This document shows positions 49,784 to 62,997 of a DNA stretch of 64,000 bases, in pieces. The DNA is taken from NCBI GenBank assembly GCA_002633005.1, contig NMRA01000027.1, positions 753,866 to 817,865 on the forward strand, in the 5' to 3' direction. The translations under genes and the position numbers were made by a program. Below the pieces are notes generated by a model. The model was given only the letters and a program-made list of their open reading frames with translations. It was not told the origin of the DNA and searched no databases. Within the stretch, counting starts at the first letter, position 1. Each line of letters begins with the position of its first letter. Source of the DNA: Phoronis australis. Taxonomy: Eukaryota > Animalia > Phoronida.

Positions 49784-49944
49784 CAGGGGCGGATCCAGGA
49801 TTTTTGTATTAGGGGGACCAGAGCGGAGTATTAGCCAGGATTTTGTCATTCAGACATTGGCACTCCCGATCTGCCAAATCGTGGAATCTGGGGGAATTCT
49901 AGGGGGGGGTGTAGCCCTCTTGGCCCCCTCTAAATCCACTATTG
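49784..49944. mobile_element. MITE family A
   Basis: CAGGGGCGGATCCAGGATTTT...CTAAATCC. Confidence 0.75.
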
Positions 49945-52689
49945 ATGCCAAACTGCTAAAAACATCTGCCTTAAGTGTACACTTTTATTTGTTGTTTTTT
50001 GATAAAAGTATGGGAAAATGTAGTTTTTTAATTTAATCCCTTTTCAATTTCTAACCTGGAAAAATCCTGCAAGTGTACTCTTCCAAAAAAGGTAAATTCA
50101 GTCATTTTCAAGAACCATGCAAACCTTTACAGGGTTAAAACTGAACTCAAATTTGATTGGTCAAATGGATTAAACAGAATCAGTCAAAACTTTCATAAAT
50201 TACATAAAGTGACCCAAATTGGTGAAATATTTTCATTATAACAGTACAGCCTATATTTTTAAAATTCAATTTAACTTCAGTTTTGGGGATAGATTCAGTC
50301 TATTTCCTTCAAAAATAATTTTGTTTTCTACCTTGTGGTGCTGTGATCAGTTTCATTTTTAAAAAATTATATTTTGCATTAAAATAATTGTTTATTCAAC
50401 GCTGCAGTACATCAAAACCGTTTAGAATACGAGTATGCTCTTATTGGATGGTCACTAACACAACGCCTCTCAATTCTTATTTTATTTGACAGGAATAAAA
50501 TTGATTTAAATTTCATTGAAATTTTATTGTCAATTTAATTTTGTTTAATTAAAAATGCACATGACCATTTTTATCATATGGTGCGTAACTTAAGATTGTG
50601 AAAACATTGATCTCACTTGGGGAAAAAAGAATAATTCGTATAACCTCAAAGATTTTTGAATAAATGACGAAATACTCTGAAAAAACTAGGTTTCTAGTTT
50701 TTGCTATTTTTGAAATCATTTGTTACACCAATTTCTTTTTTAGAATTATTTTGAAATATTTTGGAACAAAAAAAATATTTTCACCGAACCATGGTAATTC
50801 TTGAAGTGTTTTGTCGTTTCGAAAGTCGTTTGGTGACGATATGTTGTTAACCTACATGTAAAGGACTCCATCTTGTTTTAGCAACACAGTAAGCTATGGA
50901 TTCCCAAATGTAGTTGTCTAAACTTGATATTTTTGTGGCCTGAAATTTTTGGGTGCTATTTGCTGAAAAAAAGGCTATTTTTGAGGCTGCAAAAATTAAA
51001 AAAAAATATATAAATGGCTAAAGCTACCATTTTAGACTATTGAAGTGTTTCTGATGAAATTTGTATTTTGCTTTGCTCTGACAGCTCTATTTTGTAAACA
51101 TAGTATGCAAAGAGTGTTTATGTATTCGTTCTCAGAAATGTATGCAACACTTTATGTAATGTTATGTTTTTTCCTGTTTGTTATTGTAAAAATCCCATTG
51201 CATATTTGTGTTGTCATTTTTCACTTACCAATTGTAAAGTAAGGCAGGGGAATCCCAGACCCCTGTTACTTACTCATTGGAACTGGGAAAATAAAAAAAA
51301 AATGAAAAATGTCTGTTTTGTGTGTTCTGTGCTATCTGATAACTACTAAAAATAATGCTGACAGAACACCTTTCATAACCCGAATCTTTACCTCTCATGT
51401 TCTCTATTTCAAATTTTGTGGGATTTTGTTTCAGTTGGTGGTTTCATTTCATGTGATAACTTTTTTCTTCTGCAGGCAAAAATATAACACTTAAAACTGA
51501 ATTCCCTTCACTGTGTATAAAGTGCAAAAACTTTTAAGTTTTAAAATTTATAAAAAATATGCTATACAAGTGTCCTTTCGAAAATTGAATATCTGTTGGG
51601 GTCACAAAACCCTAAAGAGAATTACAGTGCCAACTGGTTCTTCCAAATTTTGACGTTTTCAATTCAATCGCTGGTTATCTCCGCTACTCAATAGTGGCAC
51701 TGATTCTGTTGTGGCAATTAAACATTCACGCTCAATGCGATATTGAAAATTAACTCAGTTTTTTGTTAAAAAGCCACAGAAGAGTCCTGGGGGAAAAGTT
51801 CACTTTCACAAAATCACGTTCCAGATACAACTCTTCGTTCCATATTACTTTATAGATATTCTATGTATTTTTAACATTTACAGGATGTTCAGAAGCTGAA
51901 AGAGAGGAATAGACATTAGGTCTTAATAAGCATGCCCACCTTCATAATCATAAGTATCACTCGTCAAGAAACTGTGGAGAATATTTCAACTCAGTCGACA
52001 TGGAGAGCATGATGTGCTGCTATTGAAAATATTGAGAGTCCTTTTCGATTACATTCACGAAGCCCATTTTGAATGAGCAGCAAACAGGGTCATGCTGCAC
52101 TGAATCCCGCTCTCTGTGTACATGTATGGAGATACACCCTCACCGCATCATCAGGTTAGTTCATCAATATTACACATGTAGACCACCTGGGGTCGCTACC
52201 GTCGACTGCCTGAAGCTACTCAAGATACTTATCTATCACTGAATAGTTAATCAAATAGTGTTTACTATTTATATATATGCATAGATTTGACTTGTAATTT
52301 TACATGTTAAAGTTTCCAAATGTCTAATGCTTCATGTATGTATCTCAGTATCTATCTTTTATCCGTTAGCGCGACATTCTTTTTACCCCCTCCATTTGTC
52401 AGTCTTTGCAGTATTTCACACCTGCTGTGTACCATTGCATCTTTGATTAGCTTTTACTTTGTGGTGGTATTACTGAGTCATTTTATTTCCACTTGATGAA
52501 ACAAGTATTTTTGAAATATAGTTCGTCGTCTCTTGGTCAGTTTCTTTACCAATGTTCTGACGATACGAACGGAATGGAATAAAGATTGTTAACAGCAAAA
52601 AGTGTCATGTATCGAACCAATTTTGCATAATCGTAGCTACGTTTAGAAGTTGCCTTACAATGTACTTTTGGCCTAAGATAGTAGTGACA

Positions 52690-52743
52690 GCAAGTTTTTG
52701 ACACACAAGTTTTTGGCACACAAGTTTTTGACACTCAAGTTTT
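52690..52743. repeat. 15-bp minisatellite, ~3.5 units
   Basis: caagtttttgacaca repeated. Confidence 0.8.
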
Positions 52744-55280
52744 GCAAATGATAATCTGAAGATCGCGTAAGCGTGAGCTCTTAATTAAATACACATTAAA
52801 GAAATCTGGTGAATACTTTGTTCAATGTAGCGAATTTTTGTAATGATTGGTTCCAAAAGCACTTATTTCACCCGTTAACTAGTTATAGTAGCTTGAACGT
52901 GATTATTTGAGTGGGTATTCCGAGTTCACGTAGGCCTATATACGATCTTGAGATTAACCGAAACTCCAAGTTCATATTCGAATCTTCGATTGACACTTCG
53001 TCCGGCATCCATATATTTCTTGGTGCACCACACAAAATGAACAATTAAGCTAAAAAAATCTGTATTAAATTCAGTTCATTATAAAAAAATTCGATGCCAT
53101 GGCGAAGACTATTATTTGGGCTTAGGTTTCGAATGAAAGTGTTTGCGTAAAGATCCGTTTCATGAAGTTTTTAACAAAAATGAAGCGGAAATAGTGCCTT
53201 TAATGTCACGAGCCAAAAGATCAAATGTAAAGAAAACTTTAACGTTTTGTTTGTCGACTCCTAGCCGACCGGTCGGACAAAAATTCGCGATGTGTGCTGT
53301 ACCAGAGAACCCACTTTGTGTTTTCAATACGCGACTGTCGGAGAGTGTAATGAAAAACTACCTCGGTAAAGCTGGGACCTCGCTTTCTTTGAAAACTTCG
53401 TGAGATTACGTGAGATATTGCCGTGTATGTTAAATGAGAACACGTGACTTTGACAAGATTTTAGCTTCGGCCCTAGCGTACGATATGGTTCTCCTGAATG
53501 TGGTACCTTCTTCATGAGGAAACCTGACGTGCGTTCGCTAGGACCTTGCTAAAAAGCAAGACTTCGCGAGATTACATGAGATTTTGGGTATCTTAAATTG
53601 ACTTTGGCTAAACTTTAGCTTGGTCTTAGCGTTATTGAACGCACGCCTGGGTAGAATTCAGTATCGCTAGGACCTCGCTAAACCTAGCCAAAATCACGTG
53701 TTCTCATTTAAAAATGCACGGCAATATATCACGTTATTTCTTGCTTTTTAGCGAGGTCCTAGCGTTATTGAACTCCACTCAGTTTGTAAGGTTTCTGTTG
53801 TCTGGCGGCCTTGTGAGTAAAGCCAATGGGTTTTGATACGATATTTTTGGGGTTGTCTAAGTTAGGTTAAAACCATAAGGCGAATTTTTGATCGTTCAAA
53901 GGGGAATTTTTGACCTGATAAGGGGAATTATGCGTAAATTTTTAATATTTTCGAGGGATCAAAGGCCCCGTTCGCCCTGGGCACTCACGGAAGTTGGATG
54001 ATAGAAAGTTTCACAGTCATTCGAGGTGCAAAAAAATTGAACAGCGCGAACAAGTAGACGGAATCATCGCTACGATTTATCCTAGTTTGCATCTTCAACG
54101 GCTTTGATGACATTTGTAATCGCAGGTAAGTCCTAGAATTTTAGACGATATTTTTCAACGTACATTTACTCCTATTTCCATCGTAGCCATAGGTACTTGA
54201 TTACACGCGTCGATTAGAGAATGCCGATATGACTTTCGCCTAGGCAACTAGACTTCGGGTCAGGGTACTTCAATAGCTCAAATATTCTGCCAGTGTTAAA
54301 GGACCGGCGCTGATAAAAAATCCGGTAAGCCAAAATACTGGCGTTGATGTCTTTTTGCGTATCATTACAGCTTTCTGTCGTTCAGTAACTTTTCCAGGCG
54401 TGAGGGGTGCTGAACGGCGATAACATCTGGCTCTTTTGTTAACTGCCCAGCTCAGTCTTTTGTCCCGTATGATAACAAGTAGGCCAATTATCTCCCAGGC
54501 TTCAATGGAAACGTATGGTGGTTGCACGCTATTAGCCCACAGGACGCGTATGAACACAGTCAAACCCGAGACCGTCTTTGGTCAAACCCAGCCGTGCGTT
54601 GGTAATCCGTTTGGACAGAATAGATTGTCTTAACTTCTGTTGTAGTTGGGCGATTTTGGTGATTCAAAAACGAAACATGATCAGCATTTGACGAGGAATT
54701 CAGAAATGCTATTGGTTTAAGCTCAAATATGTTATAATTTAATTTCATTTTTATCAGCCCAGCCCAGTCAGGCAATGCGATCTGATCGGAGATTAGAGCA
54801 ATTATCGAACAAAAGATCGCAGGTCCTCCAACCATAAATGCCAGAATGGAGTTAATCAGTCGTGTAAAATATTGGCTACGGGGTAAACTTCCCAACTTGT
54901 TGTTGGGCTATAGAATCGAACAAGTTGGGAGCAACGGGATGTCGCCGTCATGTCTACGAGTAAATCTAACTTATGGGATAAACCCGAAAAAGAAACACAC
55001 CATGCTAACGTGATCTAAAGACAGATACTGAATGGAAGCTAATGGCGGTAAACTGAACACGCTCACAAAAACTCTCGTCAAACAGAGGATCGAGAACATG
55101 CTACTGCGGTGGTCATACTTATTACGGATCGATTGCTCCCGCCACTGACTTACGCCGCTTGCCTAAATTTTATACCGGTCTTTAATTCCATCTTTTGAAG
55201 GGGAATTAATTCAATACCGCAGTAAAGCTAGTCCGGTAGCATGTGACCTTTCCCGCATAAGTTAGGTCGCTTGCAATCAG

Positions 55281-55424
55281 CAGTGGCGGATTTAGGGGAA
55301 GAGAGCCCCCCCTAAAATTCCAGATTTCATTTGACAGTTGGGGGGTGCGAATGTCTGACAGGCCAAATTCTGGCCAATACTCTGCCCTGGCATCCCCTAA
55401 CTCAAAGTCCCGGATTCGCCTCTG
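55281..55424. mobile_element. MITE family A
   Basis: CAGTGGCGGATTTAGG...GGATTCGCCTCTG termini. Confidence 0.75.
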
Positions 55425-56467
55425 GTAAGTAACGAATGTTAGACCGAGGGAACGACCGTGTATCCGCAATCGGCAATTACCAGTTTGTGAGCAGATGAAC
55501 TTCGGTCACACTGTTTGTCAGATGTTTAAGTATTGACTCCGGTTTATCGACGGTCAGTTTTCGCTCAACTATTTATTAATAGAAACACTGAACGAACTTA
55601 CTAATTGCGTGAATTTGCAGCAAAGTAAATGTTCGTGTGGAATATATCGACATCGTGCTAAAATCAAATGTTAAATGATCTCGCGCAAATGTAATTTCGA
55701 GCTCTAACTATGAGTCGTTTTTTACACATAACAATCAAGAAATGTTTAAATGTTGTACAAGTTGTATAAAGTCCAAAAACAAAACTGCAGGTGTTTTCAA
55801 GCCTTGAAATGCTTGGAGAGTATTCGTACATATAGGTATTGCTTTTTATTATCGCTTCATCACGTATTCGCATCTGTCCATTGAAAATTCATTTCATTTC
55901 GTAAATATGATAGTAATAGAAAAACGTATACTTTCGGGAATAACATCAACAACTAGCGCAGATATTATAAAATGTTAAAAATCATCGATGCAGACAAACA
56001 AAACGGCAAGCGCAAAGCTAGAATGAGTTGTAACGTCAGCCGCTTTCCATCATTGTTCAGAATTTGATGTCACGTTCGGTGCAATCATAGCCTTCTATGC
56101 CCTTAGTATTAAGAGCACAATTCTGTGTTTCTCGTCTTTACTACAAGTGGTAATGCACTGAAAATAAAATCTTCGGAGCAACAACCCTTTGGTTTTACGG
56201 CTTTCCGACCCCAAGAAATTTTCAAGTCTTCAAGGATAGCGTTAAAATAACTTACGCTATGATTCAAAATAACACTTTACCAAACAGAAATGCATGCAAT
56301 ATCCAGTTCTACGAAACAGATTAGAACACAAATTTATTTTATTGCGTTGATTGGTCGCTACGTTAGAGAACATAGTCTCAAATTTCTTGCATTAAATAAT
56401 GTTGATAAAACTGATTTCGACAGACGTTTATTCGTGAAGAATGATGATAGAACACTTGAGTTACAGA

Positions 56468-56625
56468 CAGCCTTCGAGATACACGCTGGCCCGGTGTCCC
56501 GGGGCCTGTGGATTTCCGGCCAGGCCCTGAGGAACTTGTAAAAGTTAACTTGGCACCCGGGAATAAATTTTCAGACTAACTGACCCGGCGGGCCAGCACA
56601 TTTATTTGCTGAAATTCGAACACTG
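56468..56625. mobile_element. hAT-like MITE
   Basis: CAGCCTTCGA...TCGAACACTG termini with inverted GCTGGCCCG/CGGGCCAGC blocks. Confidence 0.5.
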
Positions 56626-56884
56626 GCTACAGAACTTTACTGCTTTCGTCAGCGTCTCAGCTGTAACAGCGGTACGAATGATTTCTTCCGACCAATCTGT
56701 CACCCTAAATAACTACACGATCTATAAAAAGTGACGGAATGCAAACCTAATTTTTATATTTTTGGAACTAGTTCACTCCAATTGAAACGAATGCTACATC
56801 AAATTTTAATAATGACTGCAACATTTCTAAAATGTAGCGACATCATTCGGCGATAAAACATCCACCCTATTGTCAAGCTTTATT

Positions 56885-56968
56885 CAGAGAATGGATGCCA
56901 GGATGGCTACAGGTACATTGCACAGAGAATGGATGACAGGATGGCTACAGGTACAATGCACAGAGAAG
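56885..56968. repeat. 38-bp tandem duplication
   Basis: cagagaatggatg.caggatggctacaggtaca.tgca occurs twice. Confidence 0.8.
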
Positions 56969-57346
56969 TCCAAAACACACGAAAATACCAAAACAGGATT
57001 GGCTAGCAAATTAGCGAATCACAGCTCAGCAACAGTGTCAACGACTCATGGGAAACCTGTGCACTGAGTGAAGACCTTTCTGTAGACCGAATGAGAATGG
57101 GTTCACGCAGTTTCAAGCGATAGCGATTAGTATCGCTGTCAGTGGTCGTAAAACTGTGTTCCCCAGCGGCCTGTCTACCAGCAATGAATTCTTATCACTG
57201 ACTAATTTAAGAGATGTGACGTCATACTTTCCGAACATTTTAATTCACCTGATTTTCTATTCCAGCGACTCTACACTTCGCCAATATCATGGCATGTCTA
57301 CCTGCAGAAAATGCAGCAACTTCACGAGTTGTACTTTCCACACGTA

Positions 57347-59122
57347 CTACGGATTAACCATATACATAGAGAACTGCAAGTTGCCGTCCGGTATAAACTG
57401 GTCTAGGCATGCGTGATGGCCTGGTTCCGGGCATTTTGGGAATGATTGTTGTGGAAATGTGTAAGAACCTCCTTGTTTTGGATGAGGCACGTGTCTATAA
57501 ACCTCTGACCGATACAAATTCCTAATATTAAGACTCGGACTGGGTGGTGCCTGTATCCATGTTTTCCCAAACAACACACGAGTAGTGTTGTATCCTGTAC
57601 GTTTCATATAGTTAAGGGACGAAAGCATGGGCTTAGGAGTGAAGTCTGTGTCCCAGTTGTTTGACTTCATTTGTCTTTCATTTCCATTGTGAGTCGTCGG
57701 AAGGAGCACACATCCCAAAGGTCGTAAATATGGATTCCATTTGTCCGTGTCCGATTGATTTCCTTTGTAATAGTGAGCATCAGTGTCAATATCCCAAGGC
57801 ATCACCCAATTCAACTTCAGTGTTCCAAGAAGACTGCCACAGACAATCTCTATTGCAACATTTCGTTCATTCGCAAGTTGTGCAGCTTTCTCTAGGCATT
57901 GTGACATCGTTTTTAGACAACAGGGGGCTTCAGCCATTCCTTTTCGACTCAAAGGACACTTGATGGACAGCTCCTTGCATTCAAATTCAACGATTCCTGA
58001 AAAACCGGAAATCTTTGTGATGCCATAACTTAGAGCTAAAGGTAGCCAAAACTGTTTGTCATATGTCTTCTCAATAACTATGTGGTCAACATGAAACATG
58101 GTGTCCGGACACACCATTCCTACAACACCCTCCTTTTTAATCTTAAAGAACATTCTGTGGAACAAGAAGTCGTCGTCTTCCTTCAGATCTCTCAAAAGAT
58201 CTTTCAAAAAATCAGTCCGTCCTAAAAACGGGCCCGCCATATATTCACAATACATGCACGAATCCTTAGAGATATGATAACCGTGAATATATCTTAGTTC
58301 GTAAAGTTTCATGTAGACCTGATAACAGTTGTTCCACCAGTGTCCATTAAATCCTACACTCGACCCACCCACTATGGGGACGTCGTGACGGAAAGCTACG
58401 TCTACAAGTCTTTCAATCCTTGTGTAATTTGTGAACCTAAACACATCCTTTAACACAACGGCATACTTTGTATTAACTTGTGATACCAATTTTTTCCACA
58501 TTATTGCACTGTTGTTGAATTCTCCTCTTACAACATGTATATTTGGATCTTTTTTGTTCAGCGCATATTTGGTAGTGACCAACAGTTTTAGCTTGGGGTA
58601 ATATTTTCGGATTTGATTCATTAAGTCCTCCACATTTTGGTTTGAATAGTGAACTCCGTTCAATAACAAGGTTACAACATCTTCCAAAGGATGAGCATTT
58701 AAACACTTGTCGAATTCCCAGCCCTCTTCATCCAGGAATAGTGGGAAGCCATCTCGCCCACCGAGAGAACGATCAAACGTTGTGCGACCATTGTACACTT
58801 CAGGACAGACATCTACAATGCCAGTATGATTCTGCGTTTTTTCGACCACCTTTTCTATCTCAGCGTTCACCAAACCTTGTATTTTTAAAAGTATTTCATG
58901 GAGTCTCCCTCTGGTTTCCGTAATGTCGTTGGCAGTTCTGTGAGCCTTAGCTACCATTGCTGCAATTTCAATGAGATCTGACTCCCGAACACGCGTTCCC
59001 ATTTCCCCACTTGTATCCACTATCTTAAAGTACCTGTTTAAAAGCAAAACCATTAATAAGGTAGCTGTTATAACTATAGTGAGTCTAACCCTTCGTGGCA
59101 GTGTGAACCTCGTTTTCCACAT
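57347..59122 (-). CDS. FKRP-like / LicD-family phosphotransferase, copy 2
   Basis: 591 aa, colinear with copy 1 with about 30 substitutions and all motifs intact. It has the same upstream splice acceptor (~59142). Confidence 0.85.
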   Translation of the reverse strand: MWKTRFTLPRRVRLTIVITATLLMVLLLNRYFKIVDTSGEMGTRVRESDLIEIAAMVAKAHRTANDITETRGRLHEILLKIQGLVNAEIEKVVEKTQNHTGIVDVCPEVYNGRTTFDRSLGGRDGFPLFLDEEGWEFDKCLNAHPLEDVVTLLLNGVHYSNQNVEDLMNQIRKYYPKLKLLVTTKYALNKKDPNIHVVRGEFNNSAIMWKKLVSQVNTKYAVVLKDVFRFTNYTRIERLVDVAFRHDVPIVGGSSVGFNGHWWNNCYQVYMKLYELRYIHGYHISKDSCMYCEYMAGPFLGRTDFLKDLLRDLKEDDDFLFHRMFFKIKKEGVVGMVCPDTMFHVDHIVIEKTYDKQFWLPLALSYGITKISGFSGIVEFECKELSIKCPLSRKGMAEAPCCLKTMSQCLEKAAQLANERNVAIEIVCGSLLGTLKLNWVMPWDIDTDAHYYKGNQSDTDKWNPYLRPLGCVLLPTTHNGNERQMKSNNWDTDFTPKPMLSSLNYMKRTGYNTTRVLFGKTWIQAPPSPSLNIRNLYRSEVYRHVPHPKQGGSYTFPQQSFPKCPEPGHHACLDQFIPDGNLQFSMYMVNP

Positions 59123-61685
59123 TTTCTCTCAGTGGTCCTATCTGAAAAGTAAAAAATAGTACTGCCAATCAAACTCAGAACAAAAAATAAAATGATGGCA
59201 TTAATGCAAAGCAAAGTCTCGTAGTTGGTCTTGACAGCAGATCAGTTGCAATGCATTGTGGGATACTATGGCAGTGATTGTCCACATTGCATTTTCACTG
59301 TCATGCCACACTAAAATTGCTTTTACTTTTCACAGAAAACGATTTAACGCTGAAATGAACATGTTTTTGAATGTATTTTTTGCTTGATAAAGATTTCATT
59401 TGAGATTTTTTATGTTATTTGGAATCATTTTGTGTTATTTTGTTAATATTTAAAAAAAATTGAAGAAATTAAATGAAAAGAAAATTAATATAAAACATTG
59501 AAGAGGCTTTAAAACTAAATCAAAAATGAATTGCACATGAAAAAAATCATTCTGAACTAATTCAAATAACATAAACAGAAATGAAATAAAAACAATGTGT
59601 AAAATTTCCATGGAAAAGATGGGCCACCACACAGCTACACAACCAACTCGCTTGCAACTGCTTACTATAAAACCTGCCCAATTGAAACAACTCGGGTATT
59701 TTTGCCGTGAGCCCCACATTATGCCTCGGAATTGTTTCATATCTGTGCAACTACAAACTCCCATTATTACAAACATTTTTGGTCAGACGGCTAAAATCAC
59801 GATTTTAACCTATTAAATCCCAGATGTGGTTTGCGACGGTCATTCTCAATTGTTTGTCTGCCTCTTGACTGCACGGTACTGTTAACTGTGTAAGCGTAAG
59901 GGTATCCCGGCACATGCGGTGGCATTCTCCATTTTGAGAGCCTCATGCCTTGCTGCAATGATACAAGGATCACTATCGCCTTCATGGAGGCTCTAGTTTG
60001 TTTGGGCTTTACTTAATCGTACTTTCCCATAGGCCATTCCAATTCCAAGAAGCAAGAAAATGTATTGGCCAGTTTTGTATTAGACTCTAGTTCATCATCA
60101 TGGCAACATACAGTGAAATAAGCTGTACAGATATCCTATGGATGGTGCAGGCCGAGGGTACGCTATTGGGCATATACTCAGTCAGCAGCCCAGTGGACAT
60201 CGCTTAACTTCTGCAGAGAAACTAAGAACTTTCCCAATGTACGTGATCAAACCAAAAGGTTGAAAAAACGTCTGAGTCCTTACAAATTGGGCATAAGGCA
60301 CGTCATTCAAATTTTGATGGGCCACGGTAACCTAGCCTGATACAGACACGAGACTGGGCATATGGGGAGCACGACGATGTGTCCTTAGTGTGGTGCTCAG
60401 TGACTGTGACAGCCTTAAACATCAGGTAGAGTTTGCCCAATTTTTCTAGGCTAAAAAACAAGTGCAGATATGGAAATCGGAAGCAACAAGATATATAAGC
60501 GATGCATAAAAAATTACTAACATTGTTTAAGAGGAATTCATCGAGGAAAAAGTCGAAGTTTAGACTACCATGTAATAACAATGTAACTTTGGTAGAGATA
60601 TTATTACAGGAATTGAAAGCATTTACAATTTTAATATTAAAAAAGAATGCCACCCAAAAAACTATCAATTTAGATCGATTAGATCAACTCCATAACAACT
60701 AATCAGTTCTTTCACCTGACACCTGACAGCAGACGGTGATGTTGAAATTAACCAATGACGCCACAGGTTCGAACGCAGCCTGTTCGGCAGTTCACAATAG
60801 GCTAGCTGGTGTCAGCTTGTCGTTTGAATTTATTGTTTTACTCAAATAAATCATGTAAAACCCTTACAAACACATCGAGTTCTTGAACAAACATGTTGTT
60901 TTATTTCGCTGTTACGGATTTATAGGTATTTGAACGTACCGTAGCCTACAAAGTTCGGTAGCCCAATTTACCAAGGTCGGTGGCGGTAGTTTGTGATCCG
61001 TTCAGTGTCAAATTCGAATTATTTTTCCTTGAAATACAGGCAGGAGAACAAACCTGTGTGTTGTAATTTTAGACTTGCATTTTTTTTCACTTCTACACAC
61101 ACAAAAATGCTTGTTATGCCCGGCCAATTTTTTGGAACCCGAAGACATCAAGAATATAAACCAGCCAAATTTGGAAACTTACCTTCCAGGCTCGAAAAGA
61201 CTATATACTAGTGAGCCAAAGAAATAATATGCACGTGATTATTTTGCTGAATTAATCGCGAAACTGCAAATCTACTTACTCGTCGGGGGCCGCGAAGTCA
61301 GGTTCCCTTTCCACAGAAGCGTCAGGGCAGAAGTTGTACAGCAACAATGATTCGAATAATGTAAATGTAATATCTAAACATCTGACCATAGGATATGAAA
61401 TCGAGTGATTGTTTTTCAACAGCTTTCTGTCAGCAAACTGTTAAATTATCATGCGCTAACACGGCCTCGGGGGCCCGGTCGGTCGATTTATTCATTCTGC
61501 TGGCTACTCAAAGCATTTACACCCATGAACACTCCAAAGGCGTTACAAATTACATCGAGGCAAACTTTGACACTTTGTTTCAGTTTTATATAAACATTGG
61601 TTGGGGTGAGAAAAATTCATTTTGAAATAGAACGCACAATAATAAACGTCAACATGACAACTTGCAATCCCGACTTAGACGAGTG

Positions 61686-61930
61686 CTCATCGGTCTTTTT
61701 TTGCCCTGGTAAGGCGGCATTCATCAGTGAAATCACTGTCGACGAAATTCCAGCCACAGACACGGAGATTTTTCACGGCCTCATACTTGGTATTAATGGA
61801 GTACTTTTCATTTGTCACTGCCGCGAGCCACTCCAGAAGCATTTCGGGCTCTTAAGGAAGTCGAAAAAACGATATACTCACTTTCCTCGCAGCTTCATAG
61901 TTCGCACAAGTGGGAAGGATACACCACTTC
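61686..61930 (-). pseudogene. THAP domain pseudogene
   Basis: KWCILPTCAN..SFFRLP*EPEMLLEWLAAV...YEAVKNLRVCGWNFVDSDF. Confidence 0.65.
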
Positions 61931-62368
61931 TATAGCGGCACTCACTCTGCAGAAGAATCACTGACGTCGCTGCGTCGTTTACTCACCTTCCTCACAGGTT
62001 AACGCGACACCTCTCGACTAGGTAAGATCGACTGTAAACGAGGTGATGTGGATATAGATCGATTAAGACGGTAAAAAAGACTAATTAAATCTGGTGACAT
62101 TCTCCTTCAACCACAAGTAAATGCACAGATGCTAATTGTCAATACACCGATGCTTATTGACAACGCATTTTATTGTCGGATTTCCGTAGAGAGCAATGTA
62201 AAATTTGAGTTGTTTACTCCACCGAGATGACGAAAATCCCAGGTTGCCAAACGAAGTTTGAGGTCTCCAGTACTGAAAATCTCGGGCACCGAAATGATTT
62301 CGATCCGTTCGTCGACTAAAAAGCAACCGGTCGAACAGCGTAACGTCACCCATTTTCCTGTGCTTTAA

Positions 62369-62997
62369 GGAGGCGAAATCTCCGGAAAATTCGCGGTATT
62401 TTGATGTAGGGCAAAGTTGTAAAATGTTTTGCGCCGATTGACGAGAACTCAGCTGTTCAAAGTCGAGTTTTTTTTCTTTTTCTCTACTGAGAGTGGGCCA
62501 GAGGACCTAGGATGAAAGGGCATGGATTTCCAACGATTGGTTTTCTGGCAATAGACGTTTCAAGTGAGGAGGCGGAATCTCCGGAAAATTCGCGGTTTTT
62601 CGATGTAGGGCAAAGTCGTAAAATGTTTTGCGCCGATTGACGAAGACTCAACCTCTGAAAGTCGGTTTTTTTCCTTTTCTCTACTGAAAGAGGGCCAGAG
62701 GACCTAGGAATGGAAGGGCATCGATTTTCAACGGTTGGTTTTCCGGCAATAGACTTTTCAAGTGAGGAGGCAGAATCTCCGGAAAATTCGCGGTTTTTCG
62801 ATGTAGGGCAAAGTCGTGTAATTTTTTGCGCCAATTGACGAAAACTCAACGTTGAAAGTCGGGGTTTTTTCTATTTCCCTACTGAGAGAGGGCCAGAGGA
62901 CCTAGGAATGGAAGGGCATCGATTTTCAACGGTTGGTTTTCCGGCAATAGACGTTTCAAGTGAGGAGGCGGAATCTCCGGAAAATTCGCGGTTTTTC
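62369..62997. repeat. ~199-bp tandem repeat, ~3.2 units
   Basis: ggaggcggaatctccggaaaattcgcggtttt recurs at ~62369, 62568, 62766 and 62964. Confidence 0.9.

Noticed and set aside
54270-54950. Overlapping short ORFs
   Set aside because: I recognised no domain, and the most coding-like frame contains several stops.
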